NCBI GenBank assembly: GCA_009602725.1
Contig: WELB01000008.1
Location: 1,230,720-1,294,719, forward strand
Length of the DNA stretch: 64,000 nucleotides
Direction of reading: 5' to 3'
From: Spirogloea muscicola
Taxonomy: Eukaryota
Position numbers and translations under genes: made by a program. Under the pieces are notes generated by a model. It saw nothing but the letters and a program-made list of their open reading frames with translations. It searched no databases and had not been told where the DNA came from. Positions 1 to 13,445 of the stretch are shown here, piece by piece. Positions within the stretch are counted from its first letter, which is position 1; each line of letters begins with the position of its first letter.

Positions 1-119
1 CGACGGCCACTGGCAGGAGCCCCCGCAGCCTGACCGACGTCCGTGGGAGGCTTTTGGCCTTCAGTGTCACCACTTCCAGTAACCACTGCAAAGGTAAGTG
101 GTTTGCGCTCTCTCGTATT

Positions 120-525
120 GGGTTTTGCCCCTTGACACAGTCCTTTTTGGATCTCCGATCCCTTGTCAATACTTTTTGGGCTGGCTTATCACAGCCCTTG
201 CCCCCATTTGGAGTGCCACTTATTTCTTTTTGGGCTGGCGTAACAGCCATCGCCTCATCCCTAAGGCTTCTTACTTGCTTGACAACAGCTTGTTTCTTTG
301 GCTTTGAACATTGTCCATTCTTTTTGGGTTGGCTTTGCCAGCCCCTCTTCTCAATGGGCGAGCACCTTCTTGTCAAGACCAGCAGCCGCGCCGAATACAT
401 ACTGGCTGGCCTTGGGCAGCCCATTGTTCTACGTTAAAACATTGTACTAGGCTGAGTTGGCCTTCTTCACTTCATGCGCGCCGCGCTCCTTGTCTCACTT
501 CATGCGCACCGCGCTCCTTGTCTTC
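120..525 (+). mobile_element. Pile of retrotransposon 3'-UTR remnants (hairpin family A plus family B tails)
   Basis: Several TTTTTGGGCTGGC..CAGCCC hairpin motifs (~175, ~325) and TTCATGCGC(A/G)CCGCGCTCC tails (~470-520). They match the 3' UTRs that follow the RGY* ORFs elsewhere in the window. Confidence 0.7.
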
Positions 526-706
526 GTCGCTGAGCGCGCTCGCTCTCTCGCCCAACGCCGAATGCTGCTCAGCAGCCTCCCTCCTCAACAGCTTGCGCCG
601 CAGCTGCGCCACTCGACCGTTGCCTGCTCGTTGTTCCTTGCTGAAAGTGGCCCTTTCAGAAGCCACCTTCTCCAGCACTTTGCCTTGTCTTGAGTCACAA
701 CTCGGC

Positions 707-3700
707 ATGGCGGCAGCGGACCCCTTCTGCATCAATGTCTGGTCCGCCCCAAGGAGCCTCAACACAAGCCTTATGTATTCCTTCGCCCAGCGAGACGACA
801 CACAGGTGCGCAGCCGGTGCAGCATGGGCTGATAAGAGAATTTCACAAATTTGGGCTGTCACTTTGTGACTTTGTGGTGTGACAACGATAGTCTGAATCT
901 TGCTGCTGTTGCTGTACTTTTCCCAACTCAGGCAATCAACTTGGAGATGTGGTCCCTGCCTTCAGGCTGACACCTGAAAATTGTATTTCCACACCTTCTG
1001 AGTATCATGCTAACTTTGTCAAATGTGCACTTCGTCGTTCAAAATGTCTCTCAAATACGCAACAGGTGCTCGATGAGCCACTTTATGCCCACTATTTGAG
1101 CGTCAATCCGAAGGTCCAGAGACCATATCGCGAAGAGCTTCTGAACAGCATGGATTCAGGTATAGCATGACAAATCTGGGGGCCAGCTATGTGCATAGCC
1201 CTTCAAGCTCTGCATATGTCCTCTGTTTCAAGGGCTGCAAGGTCTCCTTGCCTTCCCCTGATCTGGGACGTTTGCTGAAGGACAATTCCGCAAGCCGTCA
1301 TTGGCACCTCTGCACAGCTAGCACCTCGATCATGCTTGGCAAGCTGTTGATATTGAGATTTCACAGAACGTAGGATCCGACCTTCTGAATCAGAGCCTTT
1401 CTCTATCAAGCAGATGGCAACAGGGTTGTGCACAATGTCATTCATGGTCCTCGTAAGAAGAAGGTGCTCGTTGTCAAACACATGGCAAAGCACCGCACTT
1501 CTCATCTGGACGATCTGATAATTACTGGGGGTAGGCATGTCTTACTACTGAGAGACCCTTTGGAAAGTCTTCGGTCTTTCAACAAGCAAGTACCAGCGAC
1601 TCTGGAAGAGCTTGGCTTTCCCGCACTTGTACAAATTTTCAGGTTGGCATACATTGCTGCTTCATGTTGAATCTTCTGTGAGCTACTGAGCACCAGCACT
1701 ACCATACAGCCTGTGATAGTTACCTACTATTCAAGCATGTGATTGAAGCTCTTTTGAGACAGCACGATATACTGAGAAGGCCCTGCAACCAGCTGCAAAT
1801 GTCAAGAATATATGACAGCAATAGCACCTAACAAATTCTGTGAGTGGTGGACTGGGCCATTGCAACATGTCAGTGTGTGACTTACAAGACTGCCAGCTTG
1901 CTGATGTGGAACTGCGAATATAGTACTAATACAACATTGTTGTCCACTGCCCACAGTCAATTAAGAGGCATGGGTTGTGAACCTCCCGTGGTCCTTGCAT
2001 CGGACCTGCAACGCAATCCGGAAGGCACTTTGAGATCTCTGTGTGCATCACTGAGCCTGTCCTTTGACAAGGCAATGCTCAGGTACAGTACTTAGTATTG
2101 CAAGAACTCTTAAGGGGCTAGATGGTTTTAGTTGCTTCCAAGGAAAGCTCGTGTCACTGTCAGGAGTCATCTCCAACTTATTTGTGGTTAGATTGTCAAT
2201 TGCTTTTTAGCTATCCTGGACCCTTATGCAAGTATTGGCTGCATCTAACATGCATTTACCAGTTGGAAAGCTGGACCTAAATCAGAAGATGGTCTGTGGG
2301 CTTCCTGGTGGTATGACTCAGTACATAAGTCCACTGGCTTCAGTGGTCCATCTACATTGGCACAGACGGTGAGCATTCTACTTTCTGCAGGAACATGCTT
2401 AAAGTAGGCATACGGAGATTGACAGCACATAGTCAGTAAGTCCATGGTGGAGGTATTGCTTAACCAATGACTAGAACTGTGAATCAGGAGCTCTACAATA
2501 GGCTCTGTGAGGCTGCATGAGCAGGTCTATAGATGGAAAGGCCTTCAAGATTGGCAGCTAATCTGAGCTTCAATGTTATGTAGCCCTTCCCAATGGAGCT
2601 GTACAATGTACTTGAAGAGGCTCAACCTTTCTACGAGATCCTGCGAAGGCATGCATTGCAGGTGCTGGTCTTTTATCAAGAGATGATACAAAGCCAGCTC
2701 ATCATGCTGATGGAGATGGCAAAGCTGCATGCTCATTGAGAGCGTAGGCTGGCATGTACAATAGGGGTCGGCTTTTTGTGCCAACAGCTGGACTTGAGAT
2801 CTTTAACAAGTCAAGAATGTCTGCATCTGTCAGTCCCCCTGCGTTAGCTGCTTACTGGACCAATTGAGCTACACTGAGCTGCTACTTCTGGGGAATATTA
2901 TCGGTGACCTCAATCAATTCAAAGGCTGCCAATCAAACTCAGTGGATTTGATAGGCTTCGTTGCAAATTGAAGTTCTGGTGCTAATATGTTGTCATTGAC
3001 TGAAATTCACAGCCAGCTCCAGTGACCAACTCAGAACCTGAGCACCAACTTCATAGATTACCTCCTCAACTGCCGGTGCCAAGAAATGAAAAGCTTCTCG
3101 TCTGGGTGGGAGATCATCTCACAACCCGAGAAAATGCACGAGTCTCTGTGTTGGACTCAATTGTGCAAGGAGGAGATGGTTGTTGGGAAGGTCTAAGGAT
3201 ATATAAAGGACGGGTGATGAAACTTGAGGAACACATCAATCGCATGCTTGACTCGGCAAAGGCCCTGGCGTTTGTGTCAATGCCAACGAGGGAAGAGATT
3301 AAGACTGCTCTGTTTTCTACTCTTGCAGGTGAGTGCTTGCTGACGTGCACGTCACCACCTCGAGCAATGTCATTGCTGATTGCTCGTCTCTTGCTGGAAA
3401 TCGATGTAAGTATCAGTGGCAGGACACTGCTCTCCATGTAGCATGAGCATCTAGAGGTATACACGAAGCGATGCTCAGGATCTTGAAAGTCCAATCCTCT
3501 CCGAAACAAGAGTTCGCAGCTTGATTTGCAAAATGTATGCTAACAATTTGTACTGTCGTCAGCTGCTGATTCTCAACAGCAGTCTTGGCTTTGTGTAACA
3601 GCAAATGGCATGGAGGATGGGGCTCATGTTCGGCTAACGCTGACAAGGGGCAAGAAGGTCACGTCTGGAATGAGCCCAGAATTCAATAGATATGGCCACT

Positions 3701-5534
3701 GTCTGATTGTGCTAGCGGAGTGGAAGCCTCCTGTGTACAACAACTCAGCTGGTATCAAGCTGACAACTGCATCAACAAGAAGGAATCCTCCCCAGGTTGA
3801 TCTACACTTTCTGAACTGCTCATTCAGTCGAGGTTATTTGTCCAAGTTAAGACTATCTTAGGGTCACCACTACGACATGGGTTGCTTGCTGCTGTTACTG
3901 GGGAAGTCGTTGCTTTACACGATAGACCAGAGCTAATGATCTTATAGGACCTGTAGGTGGGTGTGAGGGCAGACACTGAGGGGCACGTACTTATGATCTA
4001 CACTCACAGAGAAGCGGTAGAAACTACATGCAAGTGACTATTGGACTTACCCATGGCTGCGTTCTGTTGGCAGTGCGTTGACTCAAAGATCCATCACAAT
4101 AATCTCATCAACAACATCTTGGCAAAAGTAGAGGGCAACAATGCAGGAGCAGATGATGCTCTGATGCTGGACATCGAAGGCTTTGTGTCAGAGACAAATG
4201 CAACGAATGTGTTCATGGTGAAGGTGAGGACACATGAGGTGCTCCTGAAATCATAAGATTGTCTTCACCACTGCCGCTCTGTTCTTGCACTCTGCCAAGT
4301 GACAGTTGGGCTGTCCTTACAAGCCACCACATCATAACATCTACTTCTCTGAGATTTAAGATGCAAGTACTTGTGTAGGCAAGTTAGGCAAGTTATGAAC
4401 AAGCTACTGAAATGACATGCACTAGTCACTGTCCTTTTCATCCCTTTGAGTCTGTCTGGCTAGTCGAAGTTGTGCACATCTTCTCTTTGCACTTGGTGAT
4501 TGCAACAGAGAGGGAAGCTGCATACGCCTCAACCAGACTACTGTTTACCTGGCATCACACGCCAAACAGTCATTGATATTGCACTGCAGATGGGACTAGA
4601 TGTGAAGGAAAGAAGGATCAGGTAGTGCTGATCATCAAAGCTCTCGAGTGCGTTGCAAGAGATTTGCCATTTTCTTTGATATTGCACTGCAGATGGGACT
4701 AGATGTGAAGGAAAGAAGGATCAGGTAGTGCTGATCATCAAAGCTCTCGAGTGCGTTGCAAGAGATTTGCCATTTTCTTCCTTACACTTGACCAAAAACA
4801 GCATTGGGACTTGTCTCTAAATACACTCCCAGCTCCTTCACTGTAAAGGCTTCAGTAAATCATGCAGGCTGGTTTGCTAGTGAGACTGGTCCTCGGCACA
4901 TTCTCGTGGTTGTTCAAATGGCAGATCATGTGAGCCAGGATGTGAGAAGCTTCCCACAATCACGGCGCATCTTCTTATCTTCTGATCTTCTTATCTCTGT
5001 TCAGCTTATCAGAGTTCCATTCTGCTGATGAAGTCTTCACCACGGGGACCATGGGGGAACTGAGCCCTGTAGTTGACCTTGACAACCGCAGGTTCATCCC
5101 CCACCCCATTGACTTTCGTATGGTCATCATCATGAAAATCTGTCCCAAATTGTCCCAACACACTCGGATATACAATACCATCTAGGTCCCAAATACGAGA
5201 CACGATCCTGAAATATGCTGGTTGTGAGCTTGTAAGCCTTTGTACTCCTGTATGTATACTCTTCACTTGGAGTATCTTACATGCGGATCTTCATCCCATC
5301 CCATCCCTGACTTGAAAATAATTATTTATTACTGCTTTGGCACATTCTAGCACTGTGCCCTCTTTAGCCCTGCAACCTTATTTCGGTGATTGACTTAACA
5401 TGTCTGTGCTGCTTGATGTGGCCAGAATAGGTGATGGTTCTGTGGGGCCAATTACAAAGCAATTGCAGAACGCCTACCAAGCGCTTGCACAAACCAGTGG
5501 AGTTCCTTTACCATTTGCGAAGCTGTGCGCCTAG
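707..5534 (+). CDS. Branched-chain amino acid aminotransferase-like protein (N-terminal P-loop/sulfotransferase-like domain plus class IV PLP aminotransferase), multi-exon
   Basis: Spliced exons read MAAADPFCINVWSAPRSLNTSLMYSFAQRDDTQ/VLDEPLYAH, VLDSIVQGGDGCWEGLRIY, DSKIHHNNLINNILAK, EGFVSETNATNVF, CLPGITRQTV, ADEVFTTGTMGEL. GT-AG introns; stop TAG at 5532-5534. Confidence 0.9.
4573..4778. repeat. Perfect tandem duplication, 2 x 103 bp, spanning an exon end and donor site
   Basis: TTGATATTGCACTGCAG...GCCATTTTCT occurs at 4573 and again at 4676. Confidence 0.9.
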
Positions 5535-6406
5535 CACAAACATAGGTGTCGACAGACCTGCTCTTTGAGTGGACCTGCTGTGAGGAGACAGGCTCTTTAC
5601 CAGCAAAGACAGGTGTAGTAGCTCAAGCACAAGCGGTGTGTAACCAGTACTGGTCAGCTACAGAGACGTCAGCGAGACTCTGCAGATTCTGTCTTACCTG
5701 CAGCTCTGGCCCATGTCCCATCACTAAGAAGCAGATAGTCTCACTTTTGCCCTTGTTGATGCTATGTGATTTCCGCATTGCTTCAAAGTAAAGCAATGTG
5801 CAATCGCATATACAGCACAAGAATGCCATGGTCCTAAAATGCCAGTGAGCAATTGACGAACCAAATAAAGTCTGGTCGCGAGACCCTCCTTGCGCAAGTG
5901 TAGCATAGATGGTCTTGTGCCCAGGACCCTCTCTGCGACACAAAATATCATTGCTGGTAAAGCCCTCTGAGGTGAAGCCCACCACCTATTACTGTCAATG
6001 TATAGCCTTACCAGTTGAGGGCCTACCCACTCGCTAATGAGAGGCATTCCAGTAAGTACTTATCAGGGACTGCCGAAGAAGACATCAGATGAGGTGGGTC
6101 TCAACGGCTGCTGCTTTGTGTTCTGTTACAAGAGCCTGAGCTGGAGCAGGAGTTCGCTTTAGTACAGAATCTGACATGCAAGAGCATGTGAAGCGTTTCT
6201 GAATGAGCACGCACCTGCCATGCACATAGAGCAAAGGATCCCAGCTCTGAATACTGACAAAATCAAGATGCACAGCCCAGGCCTGAAGCCTCTCCAACAC
6301 AGTTACGAGCATGCCAAGTACTTAACGACTATTTGGAAAGGACCAGTTACATTCGAGATCTGGCAGTAATGTCATGGCTGCCTTACAATGTAACTTAAGG
6401 GCCTGC

Positions 6407-9400
6407 TTACAGCACCGAATACTTTCCGGGTGCACTGGGGGCAGGGCCATAACCGACCGAGCTTGTCTCCTCCAAGAGGCGTTTCACCTCAACCTTTGCT
6501 TTCTTCACAGACGCCTCAGTCGGCCCTTCAATGAACAGGTAGAGGCGCTTCTCGCCCGGCGCAGGCTGCTTGCCCTGCGGGACATACACGCCCCTAGTGG
6601 TAATGGCGGCACCGGTCCAGTCTGAGATCTGGCCCAGCGCGTCCTTGTGCGTGACCTTCCACCGAGCATGCTGCGGGAAGTCGTTGATCTCCAGCTCTGC
6701 CTCGTAGTGTTCTGGCACGCTTTCCTGCGCAAACTTGGATAGGTTGTGCTTCAGAGACAGCGCCGCCGCGAGTGCCGCTGCCCGCGCTGCACCCTCCGCC
6801 GGATTGATGGCCGGCGAACCGGCCGGCAGCCCCATAGGGGCCATTGGCCAGGCTGTGCCTGCCGGCGCCTGGCTGAGGCCTGGGACCTGGCCAAGTATGC
6901 CAACGGGCGAGCCCGCCGGCGCCGATGTATGTGCCAGCTGCGCCATCTGGAGTGCCGCCTGCAGCTGGGGGTTGGCCGAGGCAGCGGTCGCGGCAAAGTT
7001 GGACAGCTGTAACGGCGGTACACCGCTTCCTGCAGGCTGGTTCTGGGCATTAGCCAGTACGGCGGCCTTGGCGGCCGCTGTGAGAGCCGCCACCTGGGCC
7101 TCGGCGTTGGCAACCGCATACTCCCCCGTGCCCGCCACCTTGCGGATGCCCTCATTGTCAGACTCCTCGTCAGATTTATCCTCTTCCTCCTCATAACCAT
7201 ACTCCTTGGCCTGTGCAGCAGCCAGGTTAGGGACACGAGGGTGTCTGAAATCAACTGTGTTATACAGGTAGTAAGTGTTCCACCTCTGCAGACATGTTCT
7301 ATCTAGATCAGCCTCAAAAATGGCTCACAGCTAGCAAGATGGGCAAAGTACCTGAGCCTTCTTCTGGGCCTTACGAGCATCCTCCTCCTCCTCATTGAAT
7401 TTGAAGCCGCTGCCGCCGTATCCGCTGCTGTGCATCTGCTCCGTTCCACCTTTCACCTTCTCCATGAAGGTATCCGCCATCGCCTTTAAGTCCTCCGGAA
7501 TTGGCTGCAGCAGCAATCATCTACAGCTCAGTCCTAGATAATCTGCCGTGGTGATCAAAGCAACCCATGAAGAAAGCCAACCACAAGCTTCAATAAGCTC
7601 AACTTAAAACAAGAAGCTATAAGACCCAAGTCTGGCTTGTGCTCATTGCTAATTTCACCTGCCCAGAAAGCTCCAGAGCACGGAGCAGGTCTGGTGCAAA
7701 TTTTTCCTCGTCCGGTGCAATAAACGTGACAGCCACACCCTTCTTGCCAGCTCTGCCGGTTCTCCCCACTCTGTGGACATAGTCTTCATAGTGATTTGGC
7801 ACGTCATAGTTCACAACCAGCTCCAGCTCCTTAACATCCAGCCCCCGAGCAGCAATGCTGCACAGAAAGATACGAGGACATACCAATGCTGAGTCTGGCA
7901 GAGGGCTGGCAATCATGAGACTGGCAAGCCTGATGGTGCTTGCCACTTGCAAATATTTCCAAGCACACCAGGCTGATGAGCAGCGACAACCCTTTCTGTT
8001 TTGAGGTTGTGCTGTCGTTACCTTGCCGCAAATTAGCGGGCCATGCAACCATCCCCAACAACAGCATCCTGCCAAAGTAACCGAGACCCTAATCAAGAGC
8101 ACTAACAAATGACCCCCAGCAGGTGCCGACGCGGCATGCAGATCATCAAACATAACCAAGGTCCGTGGGCACAATTCCTACTTACTTCTAGAAGTAGCCC
8201 AGCTCATTGTCATTGTCAAGAGAGGCGGATTGGTAAGGTGAAAGAGATAACATACCTTGTGGCTATGAGCAGATTGCAAACATTCGCCTTGAAGTCGGAA
8301 ATTGTGGACTCTCGGTCAGTCTGATCCTTTGCACCATGCAGCGAGAGGCAGGGGTAGCCTGCCTTGAGCAAGTCGCGGAATAGGCTGTCGCACTTGTCCT
8401 GGGACTGCACAAAGACCAGGATCTTGCCCTTCTCGTACCACTCCCCAAGGAGCTCGAGCAGGCGGAGGAATCGGGCATCCCCGTCGGAAGGCCGAATCTC
8501 CACCGTCTGCACAATGTCCTTGTTTGCAACACTCCTGCCGCCAATCTGCCAGCACGCAGCGTCATAGTAACATCAGTACTTCTCCAGGCAAGCAACTGTC
8601 GATCCATCTTCTGGTACTTGTGCAGGGAACCCGTACAGTACATACCTCCCAGTCTTTCAAAAGTGCACCCAACAAGACTTAAACAAGGGTCACACTCTTG
8701 CACAACAACTTACTGGTGGTCTGAAAGAAAGAACTGCAATAACTGTGTAAGTAATGAGCTCACCTGTATCTCAACCGGCTTGTTAAGGACCTTGCGTGCT
8801 AAGATCTCCACTTGGCGGGGGAATGTTGCCGAAAACAGGACCGTTTGCCTATCGGGGCGTGTATTCTGCACGATGCGAGTGATTTGGGGCTCAAACCCCA
8901 GGTCAAACATCCGATCGGCTTCATCCATGACCAGGTACGTGACCCTCCGCAGATTGGTAATTTTGCCGTTGGAAGTGCAGAGGATGTCAATCATGCGTCC
9001 TGGCGTGCAGACCACAATCTCCGCGCCCCTCTTGAGATCACTGATCTGCTGTGCCACTCCAGAACCTCCGTAAACAGGCACGCAAGCAAGGTTGAGATGC
9101 TTGGCAAACTTCTTGACGTCATTATAAATTTGCTGGACAAGCTCTCTCGTGGGAGCCATGATCATTGCGACCGGCCCATCCCCTTGAATGATTGTCGGCT
9201 GGTCCATAATGTGCCGCAGCATAGGTAGAACGAAAGCGAGAGTCTTGCCAGACCCCGTCTTTGCAATGCCGATGCAGTCTCTGCCGCTCATGATCACCGG
9301 AATGGCCTGCGCCTGGACAAGGAGCAAGCAAGCTGAGACTTGCGTTGCTGCTTGGCTCCGCGGACTCACCTTATGCATTATGTCATACCAAAGGCAGGCC

Positions 9401-11142
9401 TAATTTCTTGTACTTATGTAACTTCATCAGAGCATGCGCAGTGAGTGAAAACTAGAGTACCTCCGCACCCAACAAATGCAACACGAGGAAGAACTGTTGC
9501 GAACCTGAATTGACATGGGTTTCTCAAAGCCGGCCTTCTTGAGGACATCAAGTATCTTGCTTGAGAGGCCTGTCTGCGGCCAGGTCTTGATCGGCTTGGG
9601 GACTTCCTTGCCGTGTATCTTGAGCTCCAGCCCCTTGCGGTACGCATCCACCTCCACCTGTGGCCAGCGTGTCATCTCCTTCACCTCGATGTAAAAGTTC
9701 TTCCGGAAGGGCTCGTAGTTGATCTTGGAGTGGTCGACCGCCGGCAGCTTGTCCGCCTTGGTCCTGCCCGCCACGCGCTTGAGGAACTCGCTGTCCTCCT
9801 CCTCCTTCTCGGGGGCCGCGTCCTCGTCATCGCTATCATCCTCCTGCCCGTCGCCTCCGCGCTCCCTGTCCGACTCGGAGTCCTCGCCGGGCATGATGCG
9901 CCCCACCGGAGCCAGCTTCGCCACAGGAGCCCGGGGCGGCAGCCTGGCCTTGGGGCCGCCCTTCATGTGCATGACAAACCCGCCCGGCTTGCCATTGACC
10001 AGGTGCGCCTTGGGGCCGCGCTTCCCCTTGGCCGGCAGCGGCGGCGCCCGCTCTGGGCTGTCCTCCTTGGGCTTCCTCATCGGCGGGCCCGTCCCCACCG
10101 TGGCCTTCGCATCTCCCGGCCCTCGTTCACTGGCAGCATCGCTTGCAGCCGCGTCCTCGAGGTCCTTGACCTGCGGGAGAACCATGCTGTTCATGAATGC
10201 ATCCAAGGGGTCCAGGTCGTCCTCCTCCATGGGCGTCGCGTCAACCTCCTCCTTGACCGCAGCGGCGCTCGGCGCCTTCTCATGGAGGCTGCCATTGGCC
10301 TCGAGCGGATGATCCTTGTCGACATCACTGGCCTTGGCTTCGTCCTCCTCGTCCGACTCCTCCTCGTCCAGCGTCCACTTCTTCGCAGCAGCTCCCTCGT
10401 CCTCCCCGTCGACCGCCGAGCTCGCCTGCGCCGCGGAGGTGCCGGCCGCCTGCGCAGCCTCCTCCGCCTCCTTCCTCCGCTTGGCCTCCTGCCACTCCCG
10501 CACCTTGCGCCGCCGCTTCTCCATCTCGTCCCCGAGCTTCTGCTGCTCCTCGGCGGCCAGCTCCTCGGCGGTCTTCCTCGGAGCCCTCTCCCTGTCCTTG
10601 TCCTTGTCCCGCTCCCTGCCGGTGCGCTCCTTGTCCCGCTCCCCACCGCCGTCCTCCTTGCGCTGCCGCTTCCTCTCCCGCTCGACATCCTCGTCGTCGC
10701 CGTCTTCCGCCTCGCCGCCCTTGACGCGCTTGCTGGCGCGCTCCCGCTCGCGCTGCTTGCGCTCCTTGTCCTTGCGGCGCTGCCGCTCGCGCTCCTTCTC
10801 CTCGCGCGCCCGCTCCCGCTCCCGCTCTCGCTCCTTCTCCTTCTCCCGCTCCCGCTTCTGGTCGCGCTCCCGCCGTTCCCGCTCCTCCCTGTCCCTGTCG
10901 CGGCCGCCGCGCTCGCGCTCGCGCCCTCCCGGCGCGCGCTCCCGCTCTGGCTCGGCCTCCCGCTCCTCCCTGCCCCTGCTCTCCGGCCGCTCCTTGTCGT
11001 CCCGGAGGTCATCGCCATCGCCGAGTGGCTCCCGCTTGCGCTTGCCGTCGCGCCCGCCCTCCTCCGCCGCGTCCTTCATGCGGATGCGCACCTTGTCGTG
11101 CTTCCCGCCCTTGTCGCTCGTCCGCTCCCTGGCCTTGTCCAT
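6407..11142 (-). CDS. PRP5: DEAD-box RNA helicase PRP5/DDX46 (plant RH42-like), multi-exon
   Basis: RE/RD-rich N-terminus, then [44 protein letters not shown], and a C-terminal KH-like domain ([15 protein letters not shown]...ITTRG). Confidence 0.95.
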
Positions 11143-11378
11143 GGCCCTGACCTGCGAAGCCTGCCACGGGGTTGCCGGCGCGTCGCAGCAGCCGCCGCCG
11201 CCGCGGCCGGCGCCTCCGCCGTGGAGGCCGCCGGAGCTGCGAGCGAGCCCCCGCTCTCCCAGCTCCCTCTGCCGGCTGACAAAGCAGATCTCTGTACCGG
11301 CGGCGGCGGCGGCGGCGGCGGGAGGCTGAGCCCCGGCAAGGAGGGCAGTCGCTCGGCGGCGGGGCCACCGCCGGCGCC

Positions 11379-11550
11379 NNNNNNNNNNNNNNNNNNNNNN
11401 NNNNNNNNNNNNNNNNNNNNNNNNNNNNNNNNNNNNNNNNNNNNNNNNNNNNNNNNNNNNNNNNNNNNNNNNNNNNNNNNNNNNNNNNNNNNNNNNNNNN
11501 NNNNNNNNNNNNNNNNNNNNNNNNNNNNNNNNNNNNNNNNNNNNNNNNNN
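11379..11550. other. Assembly gap (N run) in a GC-rich divergent promoter
   Basis: Run of N bases. Confidence 1.
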
Positions 11551-11671
11551 GGCCGCCGCCGTCGCGCCGTCGCGCGCCGCCGCCAGAGCCGCGGCCCGCG
11601 ACGAGCTCCGAGCACCGCCCTTCGCCAGGCCCCTCTTGCGCTCCGGCAGCTCACGGCCGCGGCCTCTGCAG

Positions 11672-12652
11672 GAAGCCTTCGTCCATCAATCGACCGCCGA
11701 CGCCGGAGGTGGAGGACGAGCAGGTCGCCGCAGCCTCCAAGCCGACGCTGCAGGAGGCCATCAACATCAAGGTGCGCCGGCTGAAGCGGGCTTCCTCGAG
11801 GAATCCCTCGTCAGACACCTCGCGCAGCCGCCTCCTTCGGGTCGCCGCGTGGGAGCTGCAGGCCCTGCATCACGGCTAGCGACTTGTTGCACAGCGCCCC
11901 AATTTCATGTACAGAACGGCGTCGCAGTTCCTGCGAAGCACTTTGGTGCTGGCTCGCCAGCACACAACCGTTAGCAGACGCTCTGTAAGCCGAGCTGATA
12001 CGTTTCGCGGGTTACACGCGCCCAGCTCATTGAGTCCGGCGAGAAGGAGCGCCTCAAGGAGCTGCTCAGAGAGCGGCTGATCGAGTGCGGCTGGCGCGAC
12101 GAGCTCAAGGCGCACTGCCGGTATTGGATAAGGAACCAAAATAATCTCGCACATGTCCTCGTCATGTGGCTTGGTCAGGGACGGTCGCGTACGTGTGCTG
12201 CTTGTGTAGGGTTCCTCAGACCTCCTCCTTGATTGCGACTGCCTTTTGGGCTTCGCTGTGCAGGACTTACACGAGAACAAAAGGACGGCTTAATGTAACT
12301 GTGGATGACCTTGTCCAGACTATCACTCCAAAGGGGCGAGGTCTGCAAGCCTAGCCCTCAGCCTCTCCTTACCTCATGTCCATCAATTGTAGCTGTTTCA
12401 TTCATGAAAAAGGGAGTATTTAAGCTGTGGCAAACTGGAACATGCAACAACTGCAGCTTTTCGAGTCCATGTAACATCAGTCTGACCCAGCGTTGTTAAT
12501 TGGTCAATTAGACACACTAGGAAATGAGACGATTGAGCAGTTGTCAGAGACTCACATCAGCACGTCCTGCTTTGGCTGCACCAGCTATGGTCCCTGACGA
12601 AGTGAAAGCAGAGCTTCTAGGAAGGATACGAGCTTTCCTCCTGGAGCAGTAA
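11672..12652 (+). CDS. ENY2: Transcription and mRNA export factor ENY2/SUS1 (start codon probably upstream or in the gap)
   Basis: Exons read [24 protein letters not shown] / [32 protein letters not shown] / [21 protein letters not shown] / [21 protein letters not shown]. Confidence 0.9.
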
Positions 12653-13445
12653 CAAGAAGTCTTACAAGCATGCCAGTAGCTTGAACGTAGATGATACATT
12701 CTTGCCAGTAGCTTGAACTTAGATAGGGAGAGCTACAGCAAGCCAACAGTCCAGGCACAAGTCAGGCAGACTGGCAGATGCTAAACAGGCATGCTATGCT
12801 GTTTCTGTAGTGGCTGGTTGTGAGCAAGTTTTGCAGGAACATATTGATGGAACCACTTTGATGTAGTTCTTGGTTGGTTGGTTGGAAAGGACAGTGCGTC
12901 TGCTTGCAGAGAGCCTTTCTTGTCCACTATATTTAGTGAGCTCAAGATCAAAGAATTACTGTGCAGCATTGGAATAGTCATGGTCGTAATGGACGACTGT
13001 ATTCAATTGTACATGTATAAAAATTGTAGAGAGAGCTTTTGCTGTTGTCCAAGTCTTGCAACGCTTTTCGACGAGCGCATCTGCTGCCATACGACTCATG
13101 GCTCTGTGATGATAACTAGGAGGAAGCTTGAGGATTTTGCACAATATGTACAGACCGCAGTCCACATCCAGTGGACTATCTCAATGCATCATGAACTGAA
13201 GGTTCAGTGGGAGAGGCTCCCTTGCAGGCGGACCAGGGGGGTCAAAGCTGGTGGGAAGCCGCGGTGAAGTCGGCCTTGCGGAGGAGCCAAGGGTGGGTGG
13301 CAACACCATCTTGGCCTTGCTAGAAGCCTTTCCAGTGGCTGGTGGCTGCTTGGGAGAAGCCTCCACACTCTTAAGTAGGGTGGGCTGCATCTTGACCAAG
13401 ATTGAATCTGTACCCGAGCCCAAGGACGAGGGCACCTCCATGCTC

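Noticed and set aside
310..370. Hairpin repeat read as an snRNA/spliced-leader gene (Sm-like U tract plus stem-loop) or a Rho-independent terminator
   Set aside because: The same motif lies directly downstream of the RGY* stop in longer copies, so it is element 3' UTR. No SL exon or donor was seen, and the genome is eukaryotic.
472..846. Minus-strand charged, coiled-coil-like ORF
   Set aside because: It overlaps BCAT-like exon 1 and runs into retroelement tails, with no recognisable family.
9613..11784. 723-aa plus-strand ORF and other long overlapping ORFs
   Set aside because: Antisense shadows of the GC-rich PRP5 exon 1; this one also runs through an N gap.
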